Notes under the pieces: generated by a model
Database searches by the model: none
Told to the model about the DNA's origin: nothing
Seen by the model: the letters and a program-made list of their open reading frames with translations, nothing else
In this document: one piece after another, positions 24,640-37,567 of the stretch
Position numbering within the stretch: the first letter of the stretch is position 1
How the letters are laid out: every line of letters starts with the position of its first letter
Program-made: the position numbers and the translations under genes
NCBI RefSeq assembly: GCF_964194155.1
Contig: NC_135888.1
Coordinates: 24,614,001 to 24,678,000 of the forward strand
From: Cetorhinus maximus
Lineage: Eukaryota
Reading direction: 5' to 3'
Length of the DNA stretch: 64,000 bases

Positions 24640-27030
24640 TTCTTTGTTTTAATAAGGAGGCCACCTACTCTTTGGAAAATAAGTGTCTAAATGGGATAGT
24701 CAAGGTGTAGTGGAATCTGGGGGAACAGATATACAAATCACGAAAAGTAGTGGCACAGGTTAATAAAGCCAGAAAACAGCAAACAAGGTATGGGTTTCTT
24801 TCCTAGAGGAATAGAATTGAAAAGTACAAAATTTATGCGAAACTTGTGTTGAATCTTGCCTAGACTGCCCTTGGAAGCACTGTACACGTTTCTGGCCTCC
24901 ATATTATAAAAAGGATATAGAGGCACAGCTGAAGGTGGAAAAAGATTTACTAGAATTATAGCAGAACTGAGAGGTTATAACAATCAAGAAAGATTGAACA
25001 GGCTTGCACTCTTTTATCTAGAAAAGAAAGCACAGAGGGGTGACCTGATAGCGATCTTTAAAATTATGAAAGGGTTTAGTAGCATTGACATAGAGAAAAT
25101 GCTTTCACTTGCAGGTGAGACCAGAACATCAAGATAGTCACCAATAAATCCATTTGGGAATTCAGGAGAAATTTGAAATCCAGGGAGTGGCGAGAATGTG
25201 GAAATTGCTACTATAAGGAGTGGTTGGGCTGAACATTACTGATGCATTTAAGGGAGAGCTGGTGAAGTACATAAAGAAGAAAGGAATAGAAAGATATGCT
25301 GTTGGTAATATGAAGTAGGATGGGAGGAAACTCGGATGGAGCATGAGCACCAGTGTGGGCTAGTTGGGCTGAATGGCCTGTTTCTGTGCTGTAAATTCTA
25401 TGCAATTCTGGGAAAAGAATGATCAAAGCAAGGGTGGTGCTGATTAGGGACCAAAAGCATCTTTCGGAGTAAGTGGATGTGGCTGAGGTACTGAATGAAT
25501 ACTCTACATCGGTTTTCACTAAAGATGTTACCAGTGTCACAATAACGGAAGCAGTAGAAAAATTGACTCGGATAGAAATAATTAAAGGGGCTTTTAAAAA
25601 GTTGACAGTGCTCAAACTAGGAAAGGCACCCATTCGAGATGGGATGTGTCCTAGGTTATTTAGAGAAAGAAGGGTGAAAATAGCAGAGGCTCTGGTCAGA
25701 ACCTTCCTGTCCTCCTTTGGTATGGGAGTGGTGCCAGAGGACTGGAGAATTGTAAATGTCTAACCCCTTTTCAAAAAAGGGGAGAGGGATAAGCCCAGCA
25801 ACCATAAACCCATCAGTCTAACATCAATGCTGGGAAAATTTAGAGACACAATCATCCCAGGCAAAATTAATTGTCACTTAGAAATTATAGATTAATGATG
25901 ACAAGCCAGGACAGTTTTGTTAAAGACAAATTATGTTCGACTAACTTTGCTTTGCATCCCTTGCTAAAGTAACAGAGAGGGATGATGAGGGTAGTGTGGT
26001 TGATGTGTACATGGAATTTCAAAAGACACTTTATAAAGTACCACATAATAGACTTGTCAGCAAAATTGAAGCCTGTGGGATTAATGAAACAGTAGCAACC
26101 TGGATACAACGTTGGCAAAGGGATAGAAAACAGGAAGTAGTGAACAGTTGTTTTACAGGCAAGTGTTTTTTTTAATCCTTTCACAGGATGTGGGTGTTGC
26201 TGGCTAGGCCAGCATTGCCCATCCTTAATTGCCCTTGAGAAGATGGTGGTGAGCTGCCTCCTTGAACCGCTGCAGTCCCTGTGGTGTAGGTACACCCACA
26301 GTGCTGTTAGGGAGGGAGTTCCAGGATTTCGACCCAAAAGTGCAGTGTTGCTACTCAGGAGTTGGTATTAGGATCACTGCCCTTCCTGACATGACATGAA
26401 ACTCAGCAAACTAGTAAACAGTGAAGGGAACATTAAGAGGCTTCAGTACGACAAAGACAGACTGATGAAATGGGCAAACATGTGGCAGATGAAATTCAAC
26501 AGAGAAATGCAAAGTGATGAATATTGGTAGGAAGAGTAAGGAGAGGGAACATGAATTAAATGATACAATTTTAAAGGGGTGCGAAAACAGAGAGAACTGG
26601 GATGCATGTACACAAATCTTTGGAGGACAAGTTGAGAAACCTGTTAAAAAAGCCGATGGGATCTTGGGCTTTATAAATATAAACTGAATCGCCCCAGCCG
26701 GATTATTGTATCCAATTCCGGGCACTGCAAACTTTAGCAAGGATGTGAAGATCTTGGAGATGGTGTGGGGGAGATTTACTAGAATGGTTCCAAAGACAAG
26801 GGACTTCAGTTAATGTGGAGAGACTGGAGATGTTGGGGTTGTACTTGGAGCAGAGAAGGTTAAGGAAAAGATTAATAGAGATGTTTAAAATCATGAAGAA
26901 TTTTGATAAAGGAAATAAGGAGAAATTGTTTCCCGTGATAGGAGGGTCAAAAACGAGAGGATACAGATTCAAGGCGATTCGCAAAAGAACTGAGGGGAGA
27001 TGAGGAGAAAATAGACTGGAAATGCAAATG
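24640..27030 (+). mobile_element. Mosaic of old CR1 fragments with a HER1-like 3' end (-, about 26165-26335)
   Basis: Degenerate CR1 RT and C-terminal peptides. Confidence 0.75.
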
Positions 27031-27060
27031 GTGGAACCCGTACATATTCCAATATCGATA

Positions 27061-30000
27061 CCATAGACAAAGGGACAAAGGGGTGTTGACGGTGGTGATA
27101 TTATCTAAAGGATGTGCTAATGGGGACTTTAAAGGTAGCAAGCAGGACAAGCTAGTGGCAAATGGCCCTAGTGTGGGTGGAGTGGGGGGAAGGGATCAAA
27201 ATGGGCTAAAAGGTGGAGATGAAACAATAGATCGAAATAAATTTAAAAATAGGTGGGAAAAGAAAAATATATTTGTAAAAAAATTATAAATTATTGGAAA
27301 AAAGGGGGATCGGAAAGGGGGTGGGGATGGAGGAGATAGTTCATGATCTGAAATTGTTGAACTCAATATTAAGTCCGGAAGACTGTTAAGTGCCTCGTCG
27401 GAAGATGAGGTGCTGTTCCTCCAGTTTGCGTTAAGCTTCACTGGAACATTGCAGCAGGCCAAGGACGGACATGTGGGCATGAGAGCAGGGTAGTGTGTTG
27501 AAATGGCAAGCGACAGGGAGGTCTGAGTCATGCTTGTGGACAGACCGAAGGTGTTCCGCAAAGCGGTCACCCAGTCTGTGTTTGGTCTCTCCAATGTAGA
27601 GGAGACCACAGTGGGAGCAGCGAATGCATTAGACTAAATTGAGGGAAGTGCAAGTGAAATGCTGCTTCACTTGAAAGGAGTGTTTGGGCCCTTGGACGGT
27701 GAGGAGAGGGGAAGTAAAGGGGCAGGTGTTGCACTTTCTGCGGTTGCATGGGAAGGTGCCGTGGGAGGGGGTTGAGGTGAAGGGGGTGATGGAACAGTGG
27801 ACCAGGGTGTCCCGGAGGGAACGATCCCTGCGGAAAGCCGCCGGGGGGGGTGAAGGGAAGATGTGTTTGGTGGTGACATCATGCTGGAGTTGGAGTAAAT
27901 GGTGGAGGATGATCCTTTGAACGCGGAGGCTGGTGGGGTGATAAGTGACTTATGAACACACTCAACCTCTCCCTCCAGCAGCACCGACGCACCCTATTTC
28001 TAAACTGTCCTTGCCCCCAGTTTCATTTTATTCTTCGTCTCATCCGATGCCTCAACAAGAAACTTTGTCTCTTTCTTTCAGATGCAAAGGAACGCAAGCT
28101 CCAACAACTCATCGACACCAATACCCATCCAGGACCCTCCACCCCTGCCTGCCCCCATCCCGTCTTCCAATCCCAGCCCCAGCCGTGTATTCACTATACC
28201 CCCTGACCTTCCCCTCTCTGATGTTGAATGTTCAGTACTCAGTGAAGGACTCAGTTTCATACCCTTATGCCCTCACTTCAATGAATTTCGGGCTCGGCAC
28301 GATGCTGAACTCTTCTTCCGCTGCCTTCGTCTCCGTGCTCACTTCTTTGGGCAGGAGTCCTCTCCCTGTTCAAAGGATCTTTTTACCCACCTCCAATATT
28401 CTCCCTCCACCTGGACCCTTCCCTCTGGATTTTTACCTGCTCTTGATCTTTTCATTGAGAACTGTCAGCGCGACATCAGTCATCTCAATTTCTCTGCTCC
28501 TCTCACCCACTCTAACCTGTCTCCTTCTGAACTTGATGTACTCTGTTCTCTCAGGTCCAACCCTGACTTTGACATCAAACCTGCTGACAAGGGTGGTGCT
28601 GTTGTTGTCTGGCGCACTGACCTCTACCTGGCAGAAGCTGAGTGTCAACTCGCAGACACTTCCTCCTCCCTCCCCCTGGACCATGACCTCACCACTGAAC
28701 ATCAAGCCATTGTTTCCAGGACTGTTACTGACCTTATGTCCTCTGGAGATCTTCCTTCCACAGCTTCCCTCAGTTTCCCAACCTCGGACGGCCTGCTTCT
28801 ACCTCCTACCCAAAATCCACAAACAGGACTGTCCCGGTAGACCGATCATGTCAGCCTGTTCCTGCCCCACGGAACTCATTTCTTGCTATCATGACTCCAT
28901 TCTCTCTCCCCTTGTCCAGTCTCTTCCCACCTACATCCGCGATTCCTCTCATGCCCTACATCATATCAACAATTTCCAGTTCCCTGGCCCCAACCGCCTC
29001 CTCTTTACCATGGACGTCCAATCCCTCTACACCTCTATCCCCCACCAGGATGGTCTGAGGGCTCTTCGCTTCTTCCTCGAACAGAGACCCGAACAACCCC
29101 CATCCACCACTACTCTCCTCCATCTGGCTGAACTTGTTCTCTCACTGTACAATTTCTCCTTAAACTTGTCTCACTTCCTCCAAATAAGCGGTGTGGCTAT
29201 GGGTACCTGCATGGGCCCCAGTTATGCCTGTCTCTTTATGGGGTATGTGGAACATTCCTTATTCCAGTCCTACTCAGGCCCCCTCCCACAACTCTTTCTC
29301 CGGTACTTCAATGACTGCTTCGGTGCTGCTTCATGCTCTCGTCTGGATCTGGAAAACTTTATTAATTTTGCTTCCAATTTCCACCCCTCCATCATTTTCA
29401 CATGGTCCATCACTGTCACTTCCCTTCCCTTCCTTGACCTCTCAGTCTCAATTTCTGGTGATAGACTGTCCACCAATATTCATTACAAGCCTACCAACTC
29501 CCACAGCTACCTCGATTACAGCTCCTCACACCCCGCTTCCTGTAAGGACTCCATCCCATTCTCTCAGCTCCTTCGCCTCCGTCGCATCTGTTCTGATGAT
29601 GCCACTTTCCAAAACAGTTCTTCTGACATGTCTTCCTTCTTCCTTAACTGAGGTTTTCCACCCACGGTGGTTGACAGGGCCCTCAACTGTGTCTGGCCCA
29701 TCTCCCACGCATCTGCCCTGACACCTTCCTCTCCCTCCCAGAACCATGATAGGGTCCTCCTTGTCCTCATTTATCACCCCACCAGCCTCCGTGTTCAAAG
29801 GATCATCCTCCGCTATTTCCGCCAACTCCAGCATGATGCCACCACCAAACACATCTTCCCTTCACCCCCCCCAGTGGCTTTCCGCAGGGATCGAACCCTC
29901 CAGGACACCCTGGTCCACTCCTCCATCACCCCCTACACCTCAACCCCCTCCCAAGGCACCTTCCCATGCAACCGGAGAAGGTGCAACACCTGCCCCTTTA

Positions 30001-30892
30001 CTTCCCCTCTCCTCACCGTCCAAGGGCCCAAATACTCCTTTTAAGTGAAGCAGCGCTTCACTTGCACTTCCCTCAATCTAGTCTACTGCATTCGCTGCTC
30101 CCAATGCGGTCTCCTCTACATTGGAGAGACCAAACGCAGACTGGGTGACCGCTTTGTGGAACACCTTCGGTCTGTCCACAAGCATGACCCAGGCCTCTCT
30201 GTCGCTTGCCATTTCAACACACCACCCTGCTCTCATGCCCACATGTCCGTCCTTGGCCTCCTGCAATGTTCCAGTGAAGCTTAACGCAAACTGGAGGAAC
30301 AGCACCTCATCTTCCGATGAGGCACTTAACAATCTTCCGGACTTAATATTGAGTTCAAAAATTTCAGATCATGAACTCTCTCCTCCATCCCCACCCGCTT
30401 TCCAATCCCCCTTTTTCCAATCATTTATAATTTTTTAACAAATATATTTTTCTTTTCCCACCTATTTTAAAATTTATTTCGATCTATTGTTTCATCTCCA
30501 CCTTTTAGCCCATTTTGATCCCTTCCCCCCGCCCCACCCCCACTAGGGCCATCTGCCACTAGCTTGTCCTGCTTGTTACCCTTTATGTCCCATTAGCAAA
30601 TCCTTTAGATAATATCACCACCGTCAACACCCCTTTGTCCTTTTGTCTATATCTTTGGCAGTCTCTTCTTGGCCTCCACCTATCACTGGCCCCCTATCGA
30701 GCTTCACCTGTCCTACCCCCCTCTACCAGCTTATATTTCATCTCATTTCTATATTTTTTAGTTCTGATGAAGGGTCATACGGACTCGAAATGTTAACTGT
30801 ATCCCTCTCTGCAGATGCTGTCAGACCTGCTGAGTTTTTCCAGGTATTTTTGTGCTTGTTCTAGATTTCCAGCATCCGCAGTATTTTGCTTT
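27061..30892 (+). mobile_element. Large Penelope-like element (Neptune-type RT plus GIY-YIG) with an inverted copy of its 3' part at the 5' end
   Basis: RT motifs in ORF 27945-29651; CNRRRCNTC Cys cluster; NLVYCIRC..YIGET endonuclease; 27061-27944 is the reverse complement of about 29770-30650; TSD TATTCCAATAT(C/G)GATA. Confidence 0.93.
30760..30798 (+). ncRNA. Minimal type I hammerhead motif in PLE 3' UTR
   Basis: AGUU-CUGAUGA-A-GGGUC-AUACG-GACUC-GAAAU-GUU-AACU: both core boxes, stem II and stem I present. Confidence 0.75.
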
Positions 30893-31199
30893 TATTCCAA
30901 TATGGATAGATGGCTGGAAAAGCTCGATATTATGGTGAATACAGCCGAAGTAGGAAACACATCAGAACTTTGGGCTGTCATATAGGATCCGTATTTAGTA
31001 ATTGGAATCATATTAAGAAAATTCATTCAACAGCTTAATTCCAATGTCGGTTGGAGAGCATTTAGCTCCCAGCTTATCAGAGATCAAGAAGTGAATGACA
31101 ACACAAATGCGTATCTCATGTGCTGTTTTATTCTAACTCTACACCGTGATCATAAATAGTAGGGTAACCATGTTCAGATGTGGCCTTCATTATCCTTGT

Positions 31200-31572
31200 G
31201 TTCAAATTTATGTCATATCTATGTCCTCTCCCCTTCCTCCCTCTGTGTAACCACCTCTGGCTCTAAAATCCTCCAAGATATCTGTGTTCCTCCAATTCTG
31301 CCCTTTTGCGTGTTGCTGATTTTAATCATTCCACCATTGGTGGCTGTGCCTTTAGCTGCCGAGGCCCTAAGTTCTAGAATCCCTTCCTTAAATCTCTCCA
31401 CCTCTCTTTCTTCCTATAAGACACTTCTTAAAACCTATCCCTTTGACCAGGCTTTTGCTGACTGTCCTAATATATTCTTAGGTGCCTTAGGGTTGATAAT
31501 GTTCCTGTGAAGCACCAAGGGATGTTTTACTACATTAAAGAGGCTATATAAATGCAAGTTGTTGTTGCTGTT
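31200..31572 (+). mobile_element. L2-like LINE 3' end (related pieces at 34020-34500 - and 53080-53385 +)
   Basis: Shared GCCTTYAGCTG...CTRGAATTCCCTCCCTAAAC body and ATAAATGCAAGTTGTTGTTG tail. Confidence 0.65.
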
Positions 31573-32115
31573 GAGTACGACATAACCCAGTCAGCAATAG
31601 AGACTCAGCCGTTTCTGTAGTCAGCTCAATTTCACAGTGGTGCTTTGTTTTAAGGCTTACATTGTTTGTGGTATAACACAGCATCTGATAGTGTCTGTGT
31701 GCTCACTATTTAAACCCGTGGTGTTAGGAAAGAGGCTTTGGAATTCCTTGTTTTAGAAACAGTTGCACCATTGGATGAAATTAATTCCCCTCTGTGCTAT
31801 TACAGTGGGACTGGCCTCTTGTTGAGTAATTTCCTAGATTGGTTAACAGGCAGATCGACTCCCCAATATTCTGCCCTCAGCTGGCTTTACTAACAGGTCT
31901 CTTTTAATAAAATAAATATTTAGAAAAACATATCTCTAGCTTGCATGGAGTAATTTCTCCCAAGATTCACTGAGGTGTCGGTGGGCTGCGTCTGATATAA
32001 ATCAGCTGCAGTTATTTAAATTTATTTATATGATTTTATCCCTTAGGTGGAATCTCCCTCATACCATCACCATGATTGTTCTCCATCAATTAGACCTTCT
32101 ATGCTGGAGACAGGA

Positions 32116-32284
32116 TTAGGATTTAGGTTGATCTCCAGAGCCTAGGGCATCTTTAGAACTGTTCTCCTCAGATAACTCTCCAGGTTTGTTGTGGGCAATT
32201 CCCCCTGTGGTAATTTCCAGCAAGTCTTCACCAACCACACGTTGAACCTTCTCACCTCTTGCAGCCAATATTTCTTCAATATTC
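32116..32284 (-). CDS. DNLZ: DNL-type zinc finger protein, exon 3 (NIEEILAARGEKVQRV...DQPKS*)
   Basis: CATCAG acceptor, phase 2 matches exon 2, NIEEIL motif, TAA stop, AATAAA at 32026-32021. Confidence 0.93.
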
Positions 32285-32369
32285 CTGATGATGCCAATGA
32301 GAATGATAGTTTTATGTTAAAAAAAAAACACTTTGTAAACTTTTAACACATTTTATAAATACTAGATAG

Positions 32370-33240
32370 TGGGTGCAGGAGCAGAAAGACCTGGGTGTAT
32401 ATGTGTATAGATCATTGAAGGTGACAGGACAGGTGGAGAGAGCAGTTAGTAAAACATACAGTATCCTGGGCTTTATTAATAGAGGCATAAAGTACAAGAG
32501 CAGGGAGGTTATGCTGAATTTATGTAAGACACTCGTTAGACCTCAGCTGGAGTCTTGTGTACAGTTCTGGGCGCTACGTTATAGGAAGGATGTGAACACA
32601 TTGGAGAGAGTGCAGAAGAAGTTTACAAGAATGGTTCCAGGGATGAGAAACTTCAATTACAAAGATAGATTAGAGAGGTTGGGACTGTTCTCCTTAGAGA
32701 GGAGAAGGCTAAGAGAAGATTTGATATTGATGTTCAAAATCATAAGAGGGCTAGACAGAGTAGGTAGGGAGAAGTTGTTCCCACTTGTGAAAGGATCAAG
32801 AACGAGAGGAGATGAGAACATTTTGTGCACAGCGAGTTGTGGTCTCCCAGTTCCCCAGTCTGTATTGCAGAGAAACATCCCTACTTATCAAAAACTCTGC
32901 TTCCTAAATTGCTGTTTTTACCATTTAGTTGATAGATATTGTCAATATGTATCATAAATTTAAAGTGATTTGCAAAAGAAGCAAATGTGACGTGAGAAAA
33001 AACTTTTTCACGCAGCAAGTGGTTCGGCTGTGGAATGCACTGCCTGGAAGTGTGGTGGAGGCAGGTTCAATTCAGGCATTCAAGAGGACATTAGATGATT
33101 ATTTCAATAGAAACAATGCGCAGGGGAACAGGGAAAAGGCAGGGTAATGGCCCTAGGTCATAATGCTCATTTGGAGAGCCAGTGCAGACACAATGGGCTG
33201 AATGGCCTCCTTCTGTGCCATTAAAATTCTGTGATTCTGT
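32370..33240 (+). mobile_element. CR1 3' fragment in DNLZ intron 2, interrupted by a templated insert
   Basis: LVRPQLESCVQFW peptide; ATTCTGTGATTCTGT tail. Confidence 0.88.
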
Positions 33241-34735
33241 AGATGTACAGGTGCAGCCCGAGAGCAAGTGTCGCCTTCAGGTGAAGTGGGGTTAGAGGGT
33301 GGGGGTGGTTGGTCTAAGGTATGAAGGCAGAATTCAGACTCCATTTTAAAGTGATATATTCTGAACTTATTATTAAAAGCATTAAATTAAAGTATGTATC
33401 AATAAGTGGTAAACCTAACAGCAATTTAGGAAGCAGAGTTTTTGGTAAGTAGGGATGTTTCTCTGCAATACAGACTGGGGAACTGGGAGACACAAAACTG
33501 AGGCTCTACAGTGCCACCACTGGCAGGAGCATGTAATCACAGTGTGACATGTTTACACAGGTAGATTACATAATAAATGTGGACCTGGGAATTTATTATA
33601 GAAACAGTTGACAGGAATTCATGGATGATACAACACAGTAGGAAGCCTTCAGCCCAGTGTGCCTGTGCCAGCATTTTGAAAGAGCATTCAGTTAGTCCCA
33701 TTCTTCCCAGTTCATTCTTCCATAGCCCTGCTAATTTTTCCCCTTTGAGTATTTCTCCAATTCCCTTTTGAAAGTTACTCTTGGCTCTGCTTCCACTGCT
33801 CTTTCGGGCAGTGCATCCTAGATCACAACTCGCTGTGCACAAAATGTTCTCATCTCCTCTTGGTTCCTTTGCAAATGATCATAAATAGTGTCCTTTGGTT
33901 ACCAATCCATAAGTGCAGCTTTTTCCCAGGCATATCACATTGATAGTCACAAGGTTTCAGGGAACAGTACAAGCTCCTAGTCATCAGTTTGTTTTAGCCA
34001 CTGGCTACATCAAGCACAAACTTGCATTCACATAGCACCTTTAATGTAGTAAAAATCTGCCAAGGTGCTTCACTGGAGCATTATCAGGCTGAAGCAAATT
34101 AAGAGATATTAGGACAGGTGACCAAACATTTGGTCAAAGAGGTAGGTTTTAAGGAGCATCTTAAAGGAAGAGAGACATAGAGGGAGAGAGGTTTATGGAG
34201 GGAATTCTGGAGCTTAAGGCCTTGGTGGATGAAGGCACAATCACCAATGGCGGAGCAATTAAAATTGTGGATGCTCAAAAGGCCAGAATTGAAGGAACAC
34301 AGACTCAGAGGAGGCTGGAGGAGGTTGCAGAAATAGGGAGGGTTGTAGGGGCTGGAGGAGGTTACAGAGATAGGATTGTAGGGGCTGGAGGAGGTTACAG
34401 AGATAGGGAGGGTTGTGGGGCTGGAGGAGGTCACAGAGATAGGGAGGTTTAAGATTAGGGAAGGATCTGTGAAGGAGGATGAGAGTTTTAAAATCAGGGT
34501 ATGTCTGGATGTTACAGCTATAACAGTTCCCTCAAAAAAGAGAAACTAACACAGAAACATTATACTAGACAATGCTGGGTTGGGGGTGGAGGGGGGAAGA
34601 AGGGGAAATGCAGGGGTCATTCAGTGTTGGTTACTTCATTCATTAGGCTAAGAAGTCACAGGGAAAAGCTGGGATCATGGTTAGTTACAGAATTCAGCCA
34701 ATTGAATCAAACACAGAGCATTAAACAGAGCTTAC

Positions 34736-34875
34736 TTTTTTCCATCAAGGTCTGAAAACCATCCCAAATTGTCTGCTATGATGTGGTGATTGCTACAGCC
34801 AGGACACTTTACGATGACAACTCCCTTATGATAGGCAAGTTTGGAGATCCTCTTCATAGATCGTGTTTGGCACAC
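34736..34875 (-). CDS. DNLZ: DNL-type zinc finger protein, exon 2 ([46 protein letters not shown])
   Basis: TTTCAG acceptor and GTAAG donor; CPGC and [10 protein letters not shown] signature of the zf-DNL domain. Confidence 0.97.
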
Positions 34876-35509
34876 CTGAAACAAGACAAAATGTTTGTCT
34901 GTAGAGTAACAGGGCATGGCCAAATGCCTACTTCCATTGGCCTTCTGTCTGGTTCTATTCAGCCTTTCTGTGTATTTCCTATTTTTATTCCTGTTTGGTA
35001 GCTAGCCCTCCCTGTCATCACACACTTGAAGCTGCTGCAGAGCCCAGACAAACAGTTCTCCAGACTCAGAGCCACAGCACTGATCATAAGAACATAAGAA
35101 ATAGGAACAGGAGCACGTTCTCCTCAATTGCTTCGGGGTTGGAGAGGAATTCTCCATCCTCCCACTCCAGTATTTGGCCTGGGATTTGTTTTCCGCCGCT
35201 TCCAGGGGATTATACTTTTGGGGTGGGTGGGGAGTGTCTGTATTCTGATGCACGAGGCATCATAACTGTGTGGGACACATTGGCTGAATCAGTAGGCCCT
35301 TTCCTACCTGCCATTTTCCACATATACACGTATCTACCTCATTGCAACCTGTTAAATTGAGTCAAGCTTAGCGTTTTATATCCATTACCTCCTTCTACTG
35401 TCCAAAACTTCATTTCTAAAACCACATAAAACAGCACTGATAAAAACCCAAGAGGCATTTATTTGACACAGTCAAGAAATGGTGCCTGAGGATCCCCAAA
35501 TACTGTTAA

Positions 35510-35830
35510 AGGAATAAAGAAAGATTTGCTTTAATATATTCTTTAATGAGTTCAGAACACCCATAGCATTTCATAGCCAATGAAGTGCAGGCACTACTAT
35601 AATGTGGGGAAAAGGCAGCCAACTTGCAAATAGCAAGATCCCACAAACAGCAATGAGATAAATGACCAGATATTCTGTTTCTAGTGATGTTGATTGAAGG
35701 ATAAATATTGACCTTTGAGAACACTCCTGCTCTCCTTCAAAGTAGTAGCTGGGGGGTCCTTTATATCCACCTGAGCGAGCAAATTGGACTTTGGTTTAAC
35801 ATTAAATCGGCAAGACAGCCTCTCCGACAG
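35510..35830 (-). mobile_element. Deu-domain/SacSINE1-like SINE body (second copy about 47630-48128)
   Basis: Shared body (GCAGCCAA..TGCA..AGATCCCA.AAACAGCA...ATGACCAGAT); tRNA-like head in the 48030-48128 copy. Family name from memory. Confidence 0.65.
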
Positions 35831-36712
35831 TGCAGCACTCCCTCATTACTGACCCTCCGACAGTGCAGCGCTCCCTTATTACTGACCCTCCGACAGTGCA
35901 GCACTCCCTCGGTACTGACCCTCCGATTGTGCAGCACACCCTCAGTACTGACCCTCCGACAGTGCTGCACTCCCTCATTACTGACCCTCCGACAGTGCAG
36001 CACTCCCTCAGTACTGACCCTCCGACAGTGCAGCACTCCCTCAGTACTGACCATTGGACAGGGCAGCACATCCTCAGTCCTGACCCTCCGACAGTGTAGC
36101 ATCTCCCTCATTACTGACCCTCCGGCAGCGCAGCGCTCCCTCGGTACCAACCCTCTGACAGTGCAGCACTCCCTTGGTACCCTCCCTCCAAACGTGCAGC
36201 ACTCCCTCAGTACTAACCATTGAACAGGGCAGCGATCCTCAGTACTGACCCTCTGACAGTGCAACACTCCCTCATTACTGACCATTGGACAGGGCAGCGC
36301 ATCCTCAGTACTGACCCATCAACAATGTAGTGCTCCCTCAGTACTGACTCTCTGACAGTGCAGCACTCCCTCAGTACTGACCCTCCGACAGTGCAGCATT
36401 CCCTCAGTACTGACCCTCCGACAGTGCAGCACTCCCTCAGTACTGACCCTCCGACAGTGCAGCACTCCCTCAGTACTGACCCTCCGACAGTGCAGCACTC
36501 CCTCAGTACTGACCCTCCGACAGTGCAGCACTCCCTCAGTACTGACCCTCCGACAGTGCAGCACTCCCTCAGTACTGACCCCCCGACAGTGCAGCACTCC
36601 CTCAGTACTGACTCTCCGACAGTGCTGCGCTCCCTCAGTACTGACCCTCCGACAGTGCAGCGCTCCCTCAGTACTGACCCTCCGAGAGTGCACCCTCAGT
36701 ACTGACCCTCCT
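35822..36712 (-). repeat. 33-bp minisatellite, same family as 7425-8246, in DNLZ intron 1
   Basis: About 27 units of ACTGACCCTCCGACAGTGCAGCACTCCCTCAGT. Confidence 0.95.
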
Positions 36713-36893
36713 GAAAAGTGTGCCTGTTGGTGCCCCCGGGAGTCTCTCTATTGAGTTTGTCTTTAAACCAATATTGATTTTTATCATTTTGATTGGTTGA
36801 TGTAGAAGCGACTGATCAGATCATTCCTTGTGAAGGGGAGAGAGATGCAGATGGAGCCGGGGCCTGAAGCTGGTCCCAGAGCCGGGGCCTCAC

Positions 36894-37121
36894 CTTGCAG
36901 GTGTAGACCAGCTGGTAGTGGGTGGCGGCAGCCTGAACCAGGCCGTTCCCGGCCCTCACTCCCGGGGCCGTGTGCAGGCAGCCACCGCTCCGACTGAGGA
37001 AACTCCGGCTCGCAGAGATCCTCCGCCCCGCAGAGATCACCCGGCCCGGCGCCGCTCCCAACAGCCTGGGGACCGCGGCCGCTGCTTTCCCCAAGCGGCC
37101 GAACGCGAGGCCCAGGCTCAT
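36894..37121 (-). CDS. DNLZ: DNL-type zinc finger protein, exon 1 (mitochondrial presequence-like ... YQLVYTCK)
   Basis: GCCATGA start, Arg/Ala/Ser-rich acid-free N-terminus, AAG|GTGAG donor; the 3 exons give 178 aa. Confidence 0.95.
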
Positions 37122-37124
37122 GGC

Positions 37125-37270
37125 TCGCAGCTAGGCCGCAGCTCCGTTTCTATGCCAACCTGAGCTTTCCTGCCAAGGCCGGCACTTCCGGACAGCCGGC
37201 GTCATCGTGTCATTTCCGCCTGACGTATTTGGCGGGTTCTTTCCCAGGGATAGCATGAGAGGGACGGGCC
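37125..37270 (-). promoter_or_regulatory. DNLZ: DNLZ promoter
   Basis: CpG-rich; ETS site CCGGAAGT (about 37184-37191) and TGACG half-sites. Confidence 0.6.
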
Positions 37271-37567
37271 GAATGTCCTGTTTCTTTGTTGTCTGGATGA
37301 TTCCTTCAAAAGAAAATTGTGGTTTGAGTGAAACCTTGCAATGTTTAATACAGAAGAAGACGTTTGAGGTTCATTGTTGTTGGAGCGTCAAAAAATAGAA
37401 GAAAAAGACAAGTGATTCAGCAAGCAGTGATATGTTTGGATTTTTATACTCTTGATAAGCAGCAGAATAGGAAGCCTAAATAAATTATTTGATGTTAAGT
37501 TTAGTTTTTAAAACATTACATATCCAGTATATACATGACAAAAACAGGCCAGTCAACTGGTTTATGC

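Noticed and set aside
27945-29651. 568-aa ORF as a host or domesticated gene
   Set aside because: Frameshifted PLE RT with catalytic motif degraded to YFND; the N-terminal half is in the wrong frame.
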